Source: Auanema rhodensis (lineage: Eukaryota > Animalia > Nematoda). From it: a stretch of DNA of 64,000 bases. Below the pieces are notes generated by a model. The model was not told where the DNA came from, searched no databases, and saw only the letters and a program-made list of their open reading frames with translations. Made by a program: the position numbers and the translations under genes. The stretch is taken from positions 19,592,001-19,656,000 of the forward strand of contig OZ059899.1 of the NCBI GenBank assembly GCA_964057225.1, in the 5' to 3' direction. Every line of letters begins with the position of its first letter. Position 1 is the first letter of the stretch. Below, piece after piece: positions 14,055 to 26,200 of the stretch.

Positions 14055-17000
14055 AACTCGCTTCACGTGAAAGATAAAGAGATGCGGTTTTTAAAATTAG
14101 ATTCCCCATGTCCATATTAGTCTGAAAACATATTTTTATTGATATTGGTGCATGGTAACCATGACTTTGAAATTTACGTGAACTTTAATTTATGCTAATT
14201 AAATGTACACGTGATGTGCACTTGGTATGTAACTTGCTTCACGTGAAAGATAAAGAGATGCGGTTCTCAAAATTAGATTCCCCATGTCCATATTAGTCTT
14301 AAAACAAATTGTTATTGATATTGGTGCATGGTAACCATGACTTTGAAATTTACGTGAACTTTAATTTATGCTAATTAAATGTACACGTGGTGTGCACTCG
14401 GTATGTAACTCGCTTCACGTGAACGATAAAGAGATGCGGTTTTTAAAATTAGATTCCCCATGTCCATATTAGTCTAAAAACAAATTTTTATCGATATTGG
14501 TGCATGGTAACCATGACTTTGAAATTTACGTGAACTTTAATTTATGCTAATTAAATGTACACGTGGTGTGCACTCGGTATGTAACTCGCTTCACGTGAGA
14601 GATAAAGAGATGCGGTTTTTAAAATTAGATTCCCCATGTCCATATTAGTCTGAAAACATATTTTTATTGATATTGGTGCATGGTAACCATGACTTTGAAA
14701 TTTACGTGAACTTTAATTTATGCTAATTAAATGTACACGTGATTTGCACTTGGTATGTAACTCGCTTCACGTGAACGATAAGGAGATGCGGTTTTCAAAA
14801 TTAGATTCCCCATGTCCATATTAGTCTTAAAACAAATTTTTATTGATATTGGTGCATGGTAACCATGACTTTGAAATTTACGTGAACTTTAATTTATGCT
14901 AATTAAATGTACACGTGATGTGCACTTGGTATGTAACTTGCTTCACGTGAAAGATAAAGAGATGCGGTTTTCAAAATTAGATTCCCCATGTCCATATTAG
15001 TCTTAAAACAAATTTTTATTGATATTGGTGCATGGTGACCATGACTTTGAAATTTACGTGAACTTTAATTTATGCTAATTAAATGTACACGTGGTGTGCA
15101 CTCGGTATGTAACTCGCTTCACGTGAAAGATAAAGAGATGCGGTTTTTAAAATTAGATTCCCCATGTCCATATTAGTCTAAAAACAAATTTTTATTGATA
15201 TTGGTGCATGGTAACCATGACTTTGAAATTTACGTGAACTTTAATTTATGCTAATTAAATGTACATGTGGTGTGCACTCGGTATGTAACTCGCTTCACGT
15301 GAGAGATAAAGAGATGCGGTTTTTAAAATTAGATTCCCCATGTCCATATTAGTCTAAAAACAAATTTTTATTGATATTGGTGCATGGTAACCATGACTTT
15401 GAAATTTACGTGAACTTTAATTTATGCTAATTAAATGTACACGTGGTGTGCACTCGGTATGTAACTCGCTTCACGTGAGAGATAAAGAGATGCGGTTTTT
15501 AAAATTAGATTCCCCATGTCCATATTAGTCTGAAAACAAATTTTTATTGATATTGGTGCATGGTAACCATGACTTTGAAATTTACGTGAACTTTAATTTA
15601 TGCTAATTAAATGTACACGTGATGTGCACTTGGTATGTAACTCGCTTCACGTGAAAGATAAAGAGATGCGGTTTTTAAAATTAGATTCCCCATGTCCATA
15701 TTAGTCTGAAAACATATTTTTATTGATATTGGTGCATGGTAACCATGACTTTGAAATTTACGTGAACTTTAATTTATGCTAATTAAATGTACACGTGATG
15801 TGCACTTGGTATGTAACTTGCTTCACGTGAAAGATAAAGAGATGCGGTTCTCAAAATTAGATTCCCCATGTCCATATTAGTCTTGAAACAAATTTTTATT
15901 GATATTGGTGCATGGTAACCATGACTTTGAAATTTACGTGAACTTTAATTTATGCTAATTAAATGTACACGTGGTGTGCACTCGGTATGTAACTCGCTTC
16001 ACGTGAACGATAAAGAGATGCGGTTTTTAAAATTAGATTCCCCATGTCCATATTAGTCTAAAAACAAATTTTTATCGATATTGGTGCATGGTAACCATGA
16101 CTTTGAAATTTACGTGAACTTTAATTTATGCTAATTAAATGTACACGTGGTGTGCACTCGGTATGTAACTCGCTTCACGTGAGAGATAAAGAGATGCGGT
16201 TTTTAAAATTAGATTCCCCATGTCCATATTAGTCTGAAAACATATTTTTATTGATATTGGTGCATGGTAACCATGACTTTGAAATTTACGTGAACTTTAA
16301 TTTATGCTAATTAAATGTACACGTGATTTGCACTTGGTATGTAACTCGCTTCACGTGAACGATAAGGAGATGCGGTTTTCAAAATTAGATTCCCCATGTC
16401 CATATTAGTCTTAAAACAAATTTTTATTGATATTGGTGCATGGTAACCATGACTTTGAAATTTACGTGAACTTTAATTTATGCTAATTAAATGTACACGT
16501 GATGTGCACTTGGTATGTAACTTGCTTCACGTGAAAGATAAAGAGATGCGGTTTTCAAAATTAGATTCCCCATGTCCATATTAGTCTTAAAACAAATTTT
16601 TATTGATATTGGTGCATGGTGACCATGACTTTGAAATTTACGTGAACTTTAATTTATGCTAATTAAATGTACACGTGGTGTGCACTCGGTATGTAACTCG
16701 CTTCACGTGAAAGATAAAGAGATGCGGTTTTTAAAATTAGATTCCCCATGTCCATATTAGTCTAAAAACAAATTTTTATTGATATTGGTGCATGGTAACC
16801 ATGACTTTGAAATTTACGTGAACTTTAATTTATGCTAATTAAATGTACATGTGGTGTGCACTCGGTATGTAACTCGCTTCACGTGAGAGATAAAGAGATG
16901 CGGTTTTTAAAATTAGATTCCCCATGTCCATATTAGTCTAAAAACAAATTTTTATTGATATTGGTGCATGGTAACCATGACTTTGAAATTTACGTGAACT

Positions 17001-17222
17001 TTAATTTATGCTAATTAAATGTACACGTGGTGTGCACTCGGTATGTAACTCGCTTCACGTGAGAGATAAAGAGATGCGGTTTTTAAAATTAGATTCCCCA
17101 TGTCCATATTAGTCTGAAAACAAATTTTTATTGATATTGGTGCATGGTAACCATGACTTTGAAATTTACGTGAACTTTAATTTATGCTAATTAAATGTAC
17201 ACGTGATGTGCACTTGGTATGT
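14055..17222 (+). repeat. SatA tandem 9-mer duplication (1584 bp x2) ending at the SatB junction
   Basis: Paired variants: gtgaacgata 14421/16005, gatttgcac 14741/16325, catggtgacc 15031/16615, gtacatgtgg 15261/16845. Confidence 0.9.
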
Positions 17223-17230
17223 TGGTACAC
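17214..17230. other. SatA/SatB junction with 5-bp filler TGGTA
   Basis: SatA ends ...cacttggtatgt (17222), TGGTA occupies 17223-17227, and SatB starts caccctgaag (17228). In the SatB consensus caccctg is preceded by ctcgatttt. Confidence 0.9.
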
Positions 17231-20200
17231 CCTGAAGAATTAATTTTTTTGTTGAATAACATTGTCCATCGTCTTCGCCTTGAAAAAAGGAATCTAAAAA
17301 CATCTATTTTTTGTGAAATTATTTCGAAATTTTTAGGGAAAATTTTTGTCAAAATGTTTTTGGAAGCAATGTTGAGTGTACATGGAAACTCAACATGCAC
17401 TAATGCATCATTTTTCAAACGATCATAACTAATTTTTGTATTAAGCGTTTCTCAATGTTGTATAGTGCATTCGATGCGGATTTTTAAGCTGCGTCGATCT
17501 ATGTTATCAGATTTGCGCTATCTTAAAAATGCACCGAGATATCAACTGATATAAGTTCACACTTATAATCTCGATTTTCACCCTGAAGAATTAATTTTTT
17601 TGTTGAATAACATTGTCCATCGTCTTCACCTTGAAAAAAGGAATCTAAAAACATCTACTTTTTGTAAAATTATTTTGAAATTTTTAGGGAAAATTTTTGT
17701 CAAAATGTTTTTGGAAGCAATGTTGAGTGTACATGGAAACTCAACATACACTAATGCATCATTTTTCAAACGATCATAACTAATTTTTGTATCAAGCGTT
17801 TCTCAATGTAGTATAGTGCATTCGAATCGGATTTTTAAGCTGCGTCGATCTGTGTTATCAGATTTGCGCTAGCTTAAAAATGCACCGAGATATCAACTGA
17901 AATAAGTTAACACATATATCCTCGATTTTCACCCTGAAGAATTAATTTTTTTGTTGAATAACATTGTCCATCGTCTTCGCCTTGAAAAAAGGAATCTAAA
18001 AACATCTACTTTTTGTGAAATTATTTTGAAATTTTTAGGGAAAATTTTTGTCAAAATGTTTTTGGAAGCAATGTTGAGTGTACATGGAAACTCAACATAC
18101 ACTAATACATCATTTTTCAAACGATCATAACTAATTTTTGTATCAAGCGTTTCTCAATGTAGTATAGTGCATTCGAATCGGATTTTTAAGCTGCGTCGAT
18201 CTGTGTTATCAGATTTGCGCTAGCTTAAAAATGCACCGAGATATCAACTGAAATAAGTTAACACATATATCCTCGATTTTCACCCTGAAGAATTAATTTT
18301 TTTGTTGAATAACATTGTCCATCGTCTTCGCCTTGAAAAAAGGAATCTAAAAACATCTACTTTTTGTGAAATTATTTTGAAATTTTTAGGGAAAATTTTT
18401 GTCAAAATGTTTTTGGAAGCAATGTTGAGTGTACATGGAAACTCAACATACACTAATACATCATTTTTTAAACGATCATAACTAATTTTTGTATTGAGGG
18501 TTTCTCAATGTAGTATAGTGCATTCGATGCGGATTTTTGAGCTGCGTCGATCTGTGTTATCAGATTTGCGCTAGCTTAAAAAAGCACCGAGATATCAACT
18601 GATATAAGTTCACACTTATATCCTCGATTTTCACCCTGAAAAATTGATTTTTTCGTTGAATAACATTGTCCATCGTCTTTGCCTTGAAAAAAGGAATCTA
18701 AAAACAACTACTTTTTGTGAAATTATTTCGAAATTTTTAGGTAAAATTTTTGTCAAAATGTTTTTGAAAGCAATGTTGAGTGTACATGGAAACTCAACAT
18801 ACACTAATGCATCATTTTTCAAACGATCATGACTAATTTTTGTATTGAGCGTTTCTCAATGTAGTATAATGCACTCGATGCGGATTTTTAAGCTGCGTCG
18901 ATCTGTGTTATCAGATTTGCACTAGCTTAAAAATGAACCGAGATATCAACTGATATAAGTTCACACTTATATCCTCGATTTTCACCCTGAAAAATTGATT
19001 TTTTCGTTGAATAACATTGTCCATCGTCTTCGCCTTGAAAAAAGGAATCTAAAAACATCTACTTTTTGTGAAATTATTTTGAAATTTTTAGGGAAAATTT
19101 TGGTCAAAATGTTTTTGGAAGCAATGTTGAGTGTACATGGAAACTCAACATACACTAATGCATCATTTTTCAAACGATCATAACTAATTTTTGTATTAAG
19201 AGTTTCTCAATGTAGTATAGTGCATTCGATGCGGATTTTTAAGCTGCGTCGATCTGTGTTATCAGATTTGCGCTAGCTTAAAAATGCACCGAGATATCAA
19301 CTGATATAAGTTTACACTTATATCCTCGATTTTCACCCTGAAGAATTAATTTTTTTGTTGAATAACATTGTCCATCGTCTTCGCCTTGAAAAAAGAAATC
19401 TAAAAACATCTACTTTTTGTGAAATTATTTTGAAATTTTTAGGGAAAATTTTGGTCAAAATGTTTTTGGAAGCAATGTTGAGTGTACATGGAAACTCAAC
19501 ATACACTAATGCATCATTTTTCAAACGATCATAACTAATTTTTGTATTAAGCGTTTCTCAATGTAATATAGTGCATTCGATGCGGATTTTTGAGCTGCGT
19601 CGATCTGTGTTATCAGATTTGCGCTAGCTTAAAAATGCACCGAGATATCAACTGATATAAGTTCACACTTATAATCTCGATTTTCACCCTGAAGAATTAA
19701 TTTTTTCGTTGAATAACATTGTCCATCGTTTTTGCATTGAAAAAAGGAATCTAAAAACATCTACTTTTTGTGAAATTATTTTGAAATTTTTAGGCAAAAT
19801 TTTTGTCAAAATGTTTTTGAAAGCAATGTTGAGTGTACATGGAAACTCAACATACACTAATGCATCATTTTTCAAACAATCATAAATAATTTTTGTATTG
19901 AGCGTTTCTCAATGTAGTATAATGCACTCGATGCGGATTTTTAAGCTGCGTCGATCTGTGTTATCAGATTTGCACTAGCTTAAAAATGCACCGAGATATC
20001 AACTGATATAAGTTCACACTTATATCCTCGATTTTCACCCTGAAAAATTGATTTTTTCGTTGAATAACATTGTCCATCGTCTTTGCCTTGTAAAAAGGAA
20101 TCTAAAAACAACTACTTTTTGTGAAATTATTTCGAAATTTTTAGGTAAAATTTTTGTCAAAATGTTTTTGAAAGCAATGTTGAGTGTACATGGAAACTCA

Positions 20201-23200
20201 ACATACACTAATGCATCATTTTTCAAACGATCATGACTAATTTTTGTATTGAGCGTTTCTCAATGTAGTATAATGCACTCGATGCGGATTTTTAAGCTGC
20301 GTCGATCTGTGTTATCAGATTTGCACTAGCTTAAAAATGAACCGAGATATCAACTGATATAAGTTCACACTTATATCCTCGATTTTCACCCTGAAAAATT
20401 GATTTTTTCGTTGAATAACATTGTCCATCGTCTTCGCCTTGAAAAAAGGAATCTAAAAACATCTACTTTTTGTGAAATTATTTTGAAATTTTTAGGGAAA
20501 ATTTTGGTCAAAATGTTTTTGGAAGCAATGTTGAGTGTACATGGAAACTCAACATACACTAATGCATCATTTTTCAAACGATCATAACTAATTTTTGTAT
20601 CAAGCGTTTCTCAATGTAGTATAGTGCATTCGATGCGGATTTTTAAGCTGCGTCGATCTGTGTTATCAGATTTGCGCTAGCTTAAAAATGCACCGAGATA
20701 TCAACTGATATAAGTTTACACTTATATCCTCGATTTTCACCCTGGAGAATTAATTTTTTCGTTGAATAACAATGTCCATCGTCTTCGCCTTAAAAAAAAA
20801 ATCTAAAAACATCTACTTTTTGTGAAATTATTTTGAAATTTTTAGGCAAAATTTTTGTCAAAATGTTTTTGAAAGCAATGTTGAGTGTACATGGAAACTC
20901 AACATACACTAATGCATCATTTTTCAAACAATCATAAATAATTTTTGTACTGAGCGTTTCTCAATGTAGTATAGTGCATTCGATGCGGATTTTTAAGCTG
21001 CGTCGATCTATGTTATCAGATTTGCACTAGCTTAAAAATGCACCGAGATATCAACTGATATAAGTTCACACTTATATCCTCGATTTTCACCCTGAAGAAT
21101 TAATTTTTTCGTTGAATAACATTGTCCATCATCTTCGCCTTGAAAAAAGGAATCTAAAAACAACTACTTTTTGTGAAATTATTTTGAAATTTTTAGGCAA
21201 AATTTTTGTCAAAATGTTTTTGGAAGCAATGTTGAGTGTACATGGAAACTCAACATACACTAATGCATCATTTTTCAAACAATCATAAATAATTTTTGTA
21301 TTGAGCGTTTCTCAATGTAGTATAATGCACTCGATGCGGATTTTTAAGCTGCGTCGATCTGTGTTATCAGATTTGCACTAGCTTAAAAATGAACCGAGAT
21401 ATCAACTGATATAAGTTCACACTTATATCCTCGATTTTCACCCTGAAAAATTGATTTTTTCGTTGAATAACATTGTCCATCGTCTTCGCCTTGAAAAAAG
21501 GAATCTAAAAACATCTACTTTTTGTGAAATTATTTTGAAATTTTTAGGGAAAATTTTGGTCAAAATGTTTTTGGAAGCAATGTTGAGTGTACATGGAAAC
21601 TCAACATACACTAATGCATCATTTTTCAAACGATCATAACTAATTTTTGTATTGAGCGTTTCTCAATGTAGTATAGTGCATTCGATGCGGATTTTTAAGC
21701 TGCGTCGATCTGTGTTATCAGATTTGCGCTAGCTTAAAAATGCACCGAGATATCAACTGATATAAGTTTACACTTATATCCTCGATTTTCACCCTGGAGA
21801 ATTAATTTTTTCGTTGAATAACAATGTCCATCGTCTTCGCCTTAAAAAAAAAATCTAAAAACATCTACTTTTTGTGAAATTATTTTGAAATTTTTAGGCA
21901 AAATTTTTGTCAAAATGTTTTTGAAAGCAATGTTGAGTGTACATGGAAACTCAACATACACTAATGCATCATTTTTCAAACGATCATAAATAATTTTTGT
22001 ATTGAGCGTTTCTCAATGTAGTATAGTGCATTCGATGCGGAATTTTAAGCTGCGTCGATCTATGTTATCAGATTTGCACTAGCTTAAAAATGCACCGAGA
22101 TATCAACTGATATAAGTTCACACTTATATCCTCGATTTTCACCCTGAAGAATTAATTTTTTCGTTGAATAACATTGTCCATCATCTTCGCCTTGAAAAAG
22201 GGAATCTAAAAACAACTACTTTTTGTGAAATTATTTCGAAATTTTTAGGTAAAATTTTTGTCAAAATGTTTTTGAAAGCAATGTTGAGTGTACATGGAAA
22301 CTCAACATACACTAATGCATCATTTTTCAAACGATCATGACTAATTTTTGTATTGAGCGTTTCTCAATGTAGTATAATGCACTCGATGCGGATTTTTAAG
22401 CTGCGTCGATCTGTGTTATCAGATTTGCACTAGCTTAAAAATGAACCGAGATATCAACTGATATAAGTTCACACTTATATCCTCGATTTTCACCCTGAAG
22501 AATTAATTTTTTCGTTGAATAACATTGTCCATCATCTTCGCCTTGAAAAAAGAAATCTAAAAACGACTACTTTTTGTGAAATTATTTCGAAATTTTTAGG
22601 TAAAATTTTTGTCAAAATGTTTTTGAAAGCAATGTTGAGTGTACATGGAAACTCAACATACACTAATGGATCATTTTTCAAACGATCATGACTAATTTTT
22701 GTATTGAGCGTTTCTCAATGTAGTATAATGCACTCGATGCGGATTTTTAAGCTGCTTCGATCTGTGTTATCAGATTTGCGCTAGCTTAAAAATGCACCGA
22801 GATATCAACTGATATAAGTTCACACTTATATCCTCGATTTTCACCCTGAAGAATTAATTTTTTTGTTGAATAACATTGTCCATCGTCTTCGCCTTGAAAA
22901 AAGAAATCTAAAAACATCTACTTTTTGTGAAATTATTTTGAAATTTTTAGGTAAAATTTTTGTCAAAATGTTTTTGAAAGCAATGTTGAGTGTACATGGA
23001 AACTCAACATACACTAATGCATCATTTTTCAAACGATCATGACTAATTTTTGTATTGAGCGTTTCTCAATGTAGTATAATGCACTCGATGCGGATTTTAA
23101 AGCTGCTTCGATCTGTGTTATCAGATTTGCGCTAGCTTAAAAATGCACCGAGATATCAACTGATATAAGTTCACACTTATATCCTCGATTTTCACCCTGA

Positions 23201-26200
23201 AGAATTAATTTTTTTGTTGAATAACATTGTCCATCGTCTTCGCCTTGAAAAAAGAAATCTAAAAACATCTACTTTTTGTGAAATTATTTTGAAATTTTTC
23301 GGAAAACTTTTTGTCAAAATGTTTTTGGAAGCAATGTTGAGTGTACATGGAAACTCAACATACACTAATACATCATTTTCTAAACGATCATAACTAATTT
23401 TTGTATTGAGGGTTTCTCAATGTAATATAGTGCATTCGATGCGGATTTTTAAGCTGCGTCGATCTGTGTTATCAGATTTGCGCTAGCTTAAAAATGCACC
23501 GAGATATCAACTGATATAAGTTCACACTTATATCCTCGATTTTCACCCTGAAGAATTAATTTTTTCGTTGAATAACATTGTCCATCGTCTTTGCCTTGAA
23601 AAAAGGAATCTAAAAACAACTACTTTTTGTGAAATTATTTCGAAATTTTTAGGTAAAATTTTTGTCAAAATGTTTTTGAAAGCAATGTTGAGTGTACATG
23701 GAAACTCAACATACACTAATGCATCATTTTTCAAACGATCATGACTAATTTTTGTATTGAGCGTTTCTCAATGTAGTATAATGCACTCGATGCGGATTTT
23801 TAAGCTGCGTCGATCTATGTTATCAGATTTGCGCTATCTTTAAAATGCACCGAGATATCAACTGTTATAAGTTCACACTTATATCCTCGATTTTCACCCT
23901 GAAGAATTAATTTTTTCGTTGAATAACATTGTCCATCATCTTCGCCTTGAAAAAAGAAATCTAAAAACGACTACTTTTTGTGAAATTATTTCGAAATTTT
24001 TAGGTAAAATTTTTGTCAAAATGTTTTTGAAAGCAATGTTGAGTGTACATGGAAACTCAACATACACTAATGGATCATTTTTCAAACGATCATGACTAAT
24101 TTTTGTATTGAGCGTTTCTCAATGTAGTATAATGCACTCGATGCGGATTTTTAAGCTGCTTCGATCTGTGTTATCAGATTTGCGCTAGCTTAAAAATGCA
24201 CCGAGATATCAACTGATATAAGTTCACACTTATATCCTCGATTTTCACCCTGAAGAATTAATTTTTTTGTTGAATAACATTGTCCATCGTCTTCGCCTTG
24301 AAAAAAGAAATCTAAAAACATCTACTTTTTGTGAAATTATTTTGAAATTTTTAGGCAAAATTTTTGTCAAAATGTTTTTGGAAGCAATGTTGAGTGTACA
24401 TGGAAACTCAACATACACTAATGCATCATTTTTCAAACAATCATAAATAATTTTTGTATTGAGCGTTTCTCAATGTAGTATAATGCACTCGATGCGGATT
24501 TTTAAGCTGCGTCGATCTGTGTTATCAGATTTGCACTAGCTTAAAAATGAACCGAGATATCAACTGATATAAGTTCACACTTATATCCTCGATTTTCACC
24601 CTGAAAAATTGATTTTTTCGTTGAATAACATTGTCCATCGTCTTCGCCTTGAAAAAAGGAATCTAAAAACATCTACTTTTTGTGAAATTATTTTGAAATT
24701 TTTAGGGAAAATTTTGGTCAAAATGTTTTTGGAAGCAATGTTGAGTGTACATGGAAACTCAACATACACTAATGCATCATTTTTCAAACGATCATAACTA
24801 ATTTTTGTATTGAGGGTTTCTCAATGTAATATAGTGCATTCGATGCGGATTTTTAAGCTGCGTCGATCTGTGTTATCAGATTTGCGCTAGCTTAAAAATG
24901 CACCGAGATATCAACTGATATAAGTTCACACTTATATCCTCGATTTTCACCCTGAAGAATTAATTTTTTCGTTGAATAACATTGTCCATCGTCTTTGCCT
25001 TGAAAAAAGGAATCTAAAAACAACTACTTTTTGTGAAATTATTTCGAAATTTTTAGGTAAAATTTTTGTCAAAATGTTTTTGAAAGCAATGTTGAGTGTA
25101 CATGGAAACTCAACATACACTAATGCATCATTTTTCAAACGATCATGACTAATTTTTGTATTGAGCGTTTCTCAATGTAGTATAATGCACTCGATGCGGA
25201 TTTTTAAGCTGCGTCGATCTGTGTTATCAGATTTGCACTAGCTTAAAAATGAACCGAGATATCAACTGATATAAGTTCACACTTATATCCTCGATTTTCA
25301 CCCTGAAAAATTGATTTTTTCGTTGAATAACATTGTCCATCGTCTTCGCCTTGAAAAAAGGAATCTAAAAACATCTACTTTTTGTGAAATTATTTTGAAA
25401 TTTTTAGGGAAAATTTTGGTCAAAATGTTTTTGGAAGCAATGTTGAGTGTACATGGAAACTCAACATACACTAATGCATCATTTTTCAAACAATCATAAA
25501 TAATTTTTGTATTGAGCGTTTCTCAATGTAGTATAATGCACTCGATGCGGATTTTTAAGCTGCGTCGATCTATGTTATCAGATTTGCACTAGCTTAAAAA
25601 TGCACCGAGATATCAACTGATATAAGTTCACACTTATATCCTCGATTTTCACCCTGAAGAATTAATTTTTTCGTTGAATAACATTGTCCATCATCTTCGC
25701 CTTGAAAAAGGGAATCTAAAAACAACTACTTTTTGTGAAATTATTTCGAAATTTTTAGGTAAAATTTTTGTCAAAATGTTTTTGAAAGCAATGTTGAGTG
25801 TACATGGAAACTCAACATACACTAATGCATCATTTTTCAAACGATCATGACTAATTTTTGTATTGAGCGTTTCTCAATGTAGTATAATGCACTCGATGCG
25901 GATTTTTAAGCTGCGTCGATCTGTGTTATCAGATTTGCGCTAGCTTAAAAATGCACCGAGATATCAACTGAAATAAGTTAACACATATATCCTCGATTTT
26001 CACCCTGAAGAATTAATTTTTTCGTTGAATAACATTGTCCATCATCTTCGCCTTGAAAAAAGGAATCTAAAAACGACTACTTTTTGTGAAATTATTTCGA
26101 AATTTTTAGGTAAAATTTTTGTCAAAATGTTTTTGAAAGCAATGTTGAGTGTACATGGAAACTCAACATACACTAATGCATCATTTTTCAAACGATCATG

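Larger units (their letters stand above)
1..17222 (+). repeat. Satellite array SatA, 176-bp monomer, ~97.9 head-to-tail copies (runs off the left edge)
   Basis: The monomer start GATGCGG recurs at 1, 177, 2641, 5281, 7921, 10561, 13201, 15841 and 17073 (=1+97x176), so there is no net indel. Consensus: gatgcggttttcaaaattagattccccatgtccatattagtctaaaaacaaatttttattgatattggtgcatggtaaccatgactttgaaatttacgtgaactttaatttatgctaattaaatgtacacgtgatgtgcacttggtatgtaacttgcttcacgtgaaagataaaga. Orientation is arbitrarily called +. Confidence 0.99.

Noticed and set aside
17191-17428. Longer ORFs across the A/B junction (and 53469-53660 across the C/B junction) as fusion genes
   Set aside because: These are chance read-throughs across satellite junctions with no supporting gene structure.
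17228-17578. SatB as a dimer of SatA or of an ancestral ~175-bp unit
   Set aside because: The length fits, but by eye neither part aligns to SatA or to the other part beyond short motifs.
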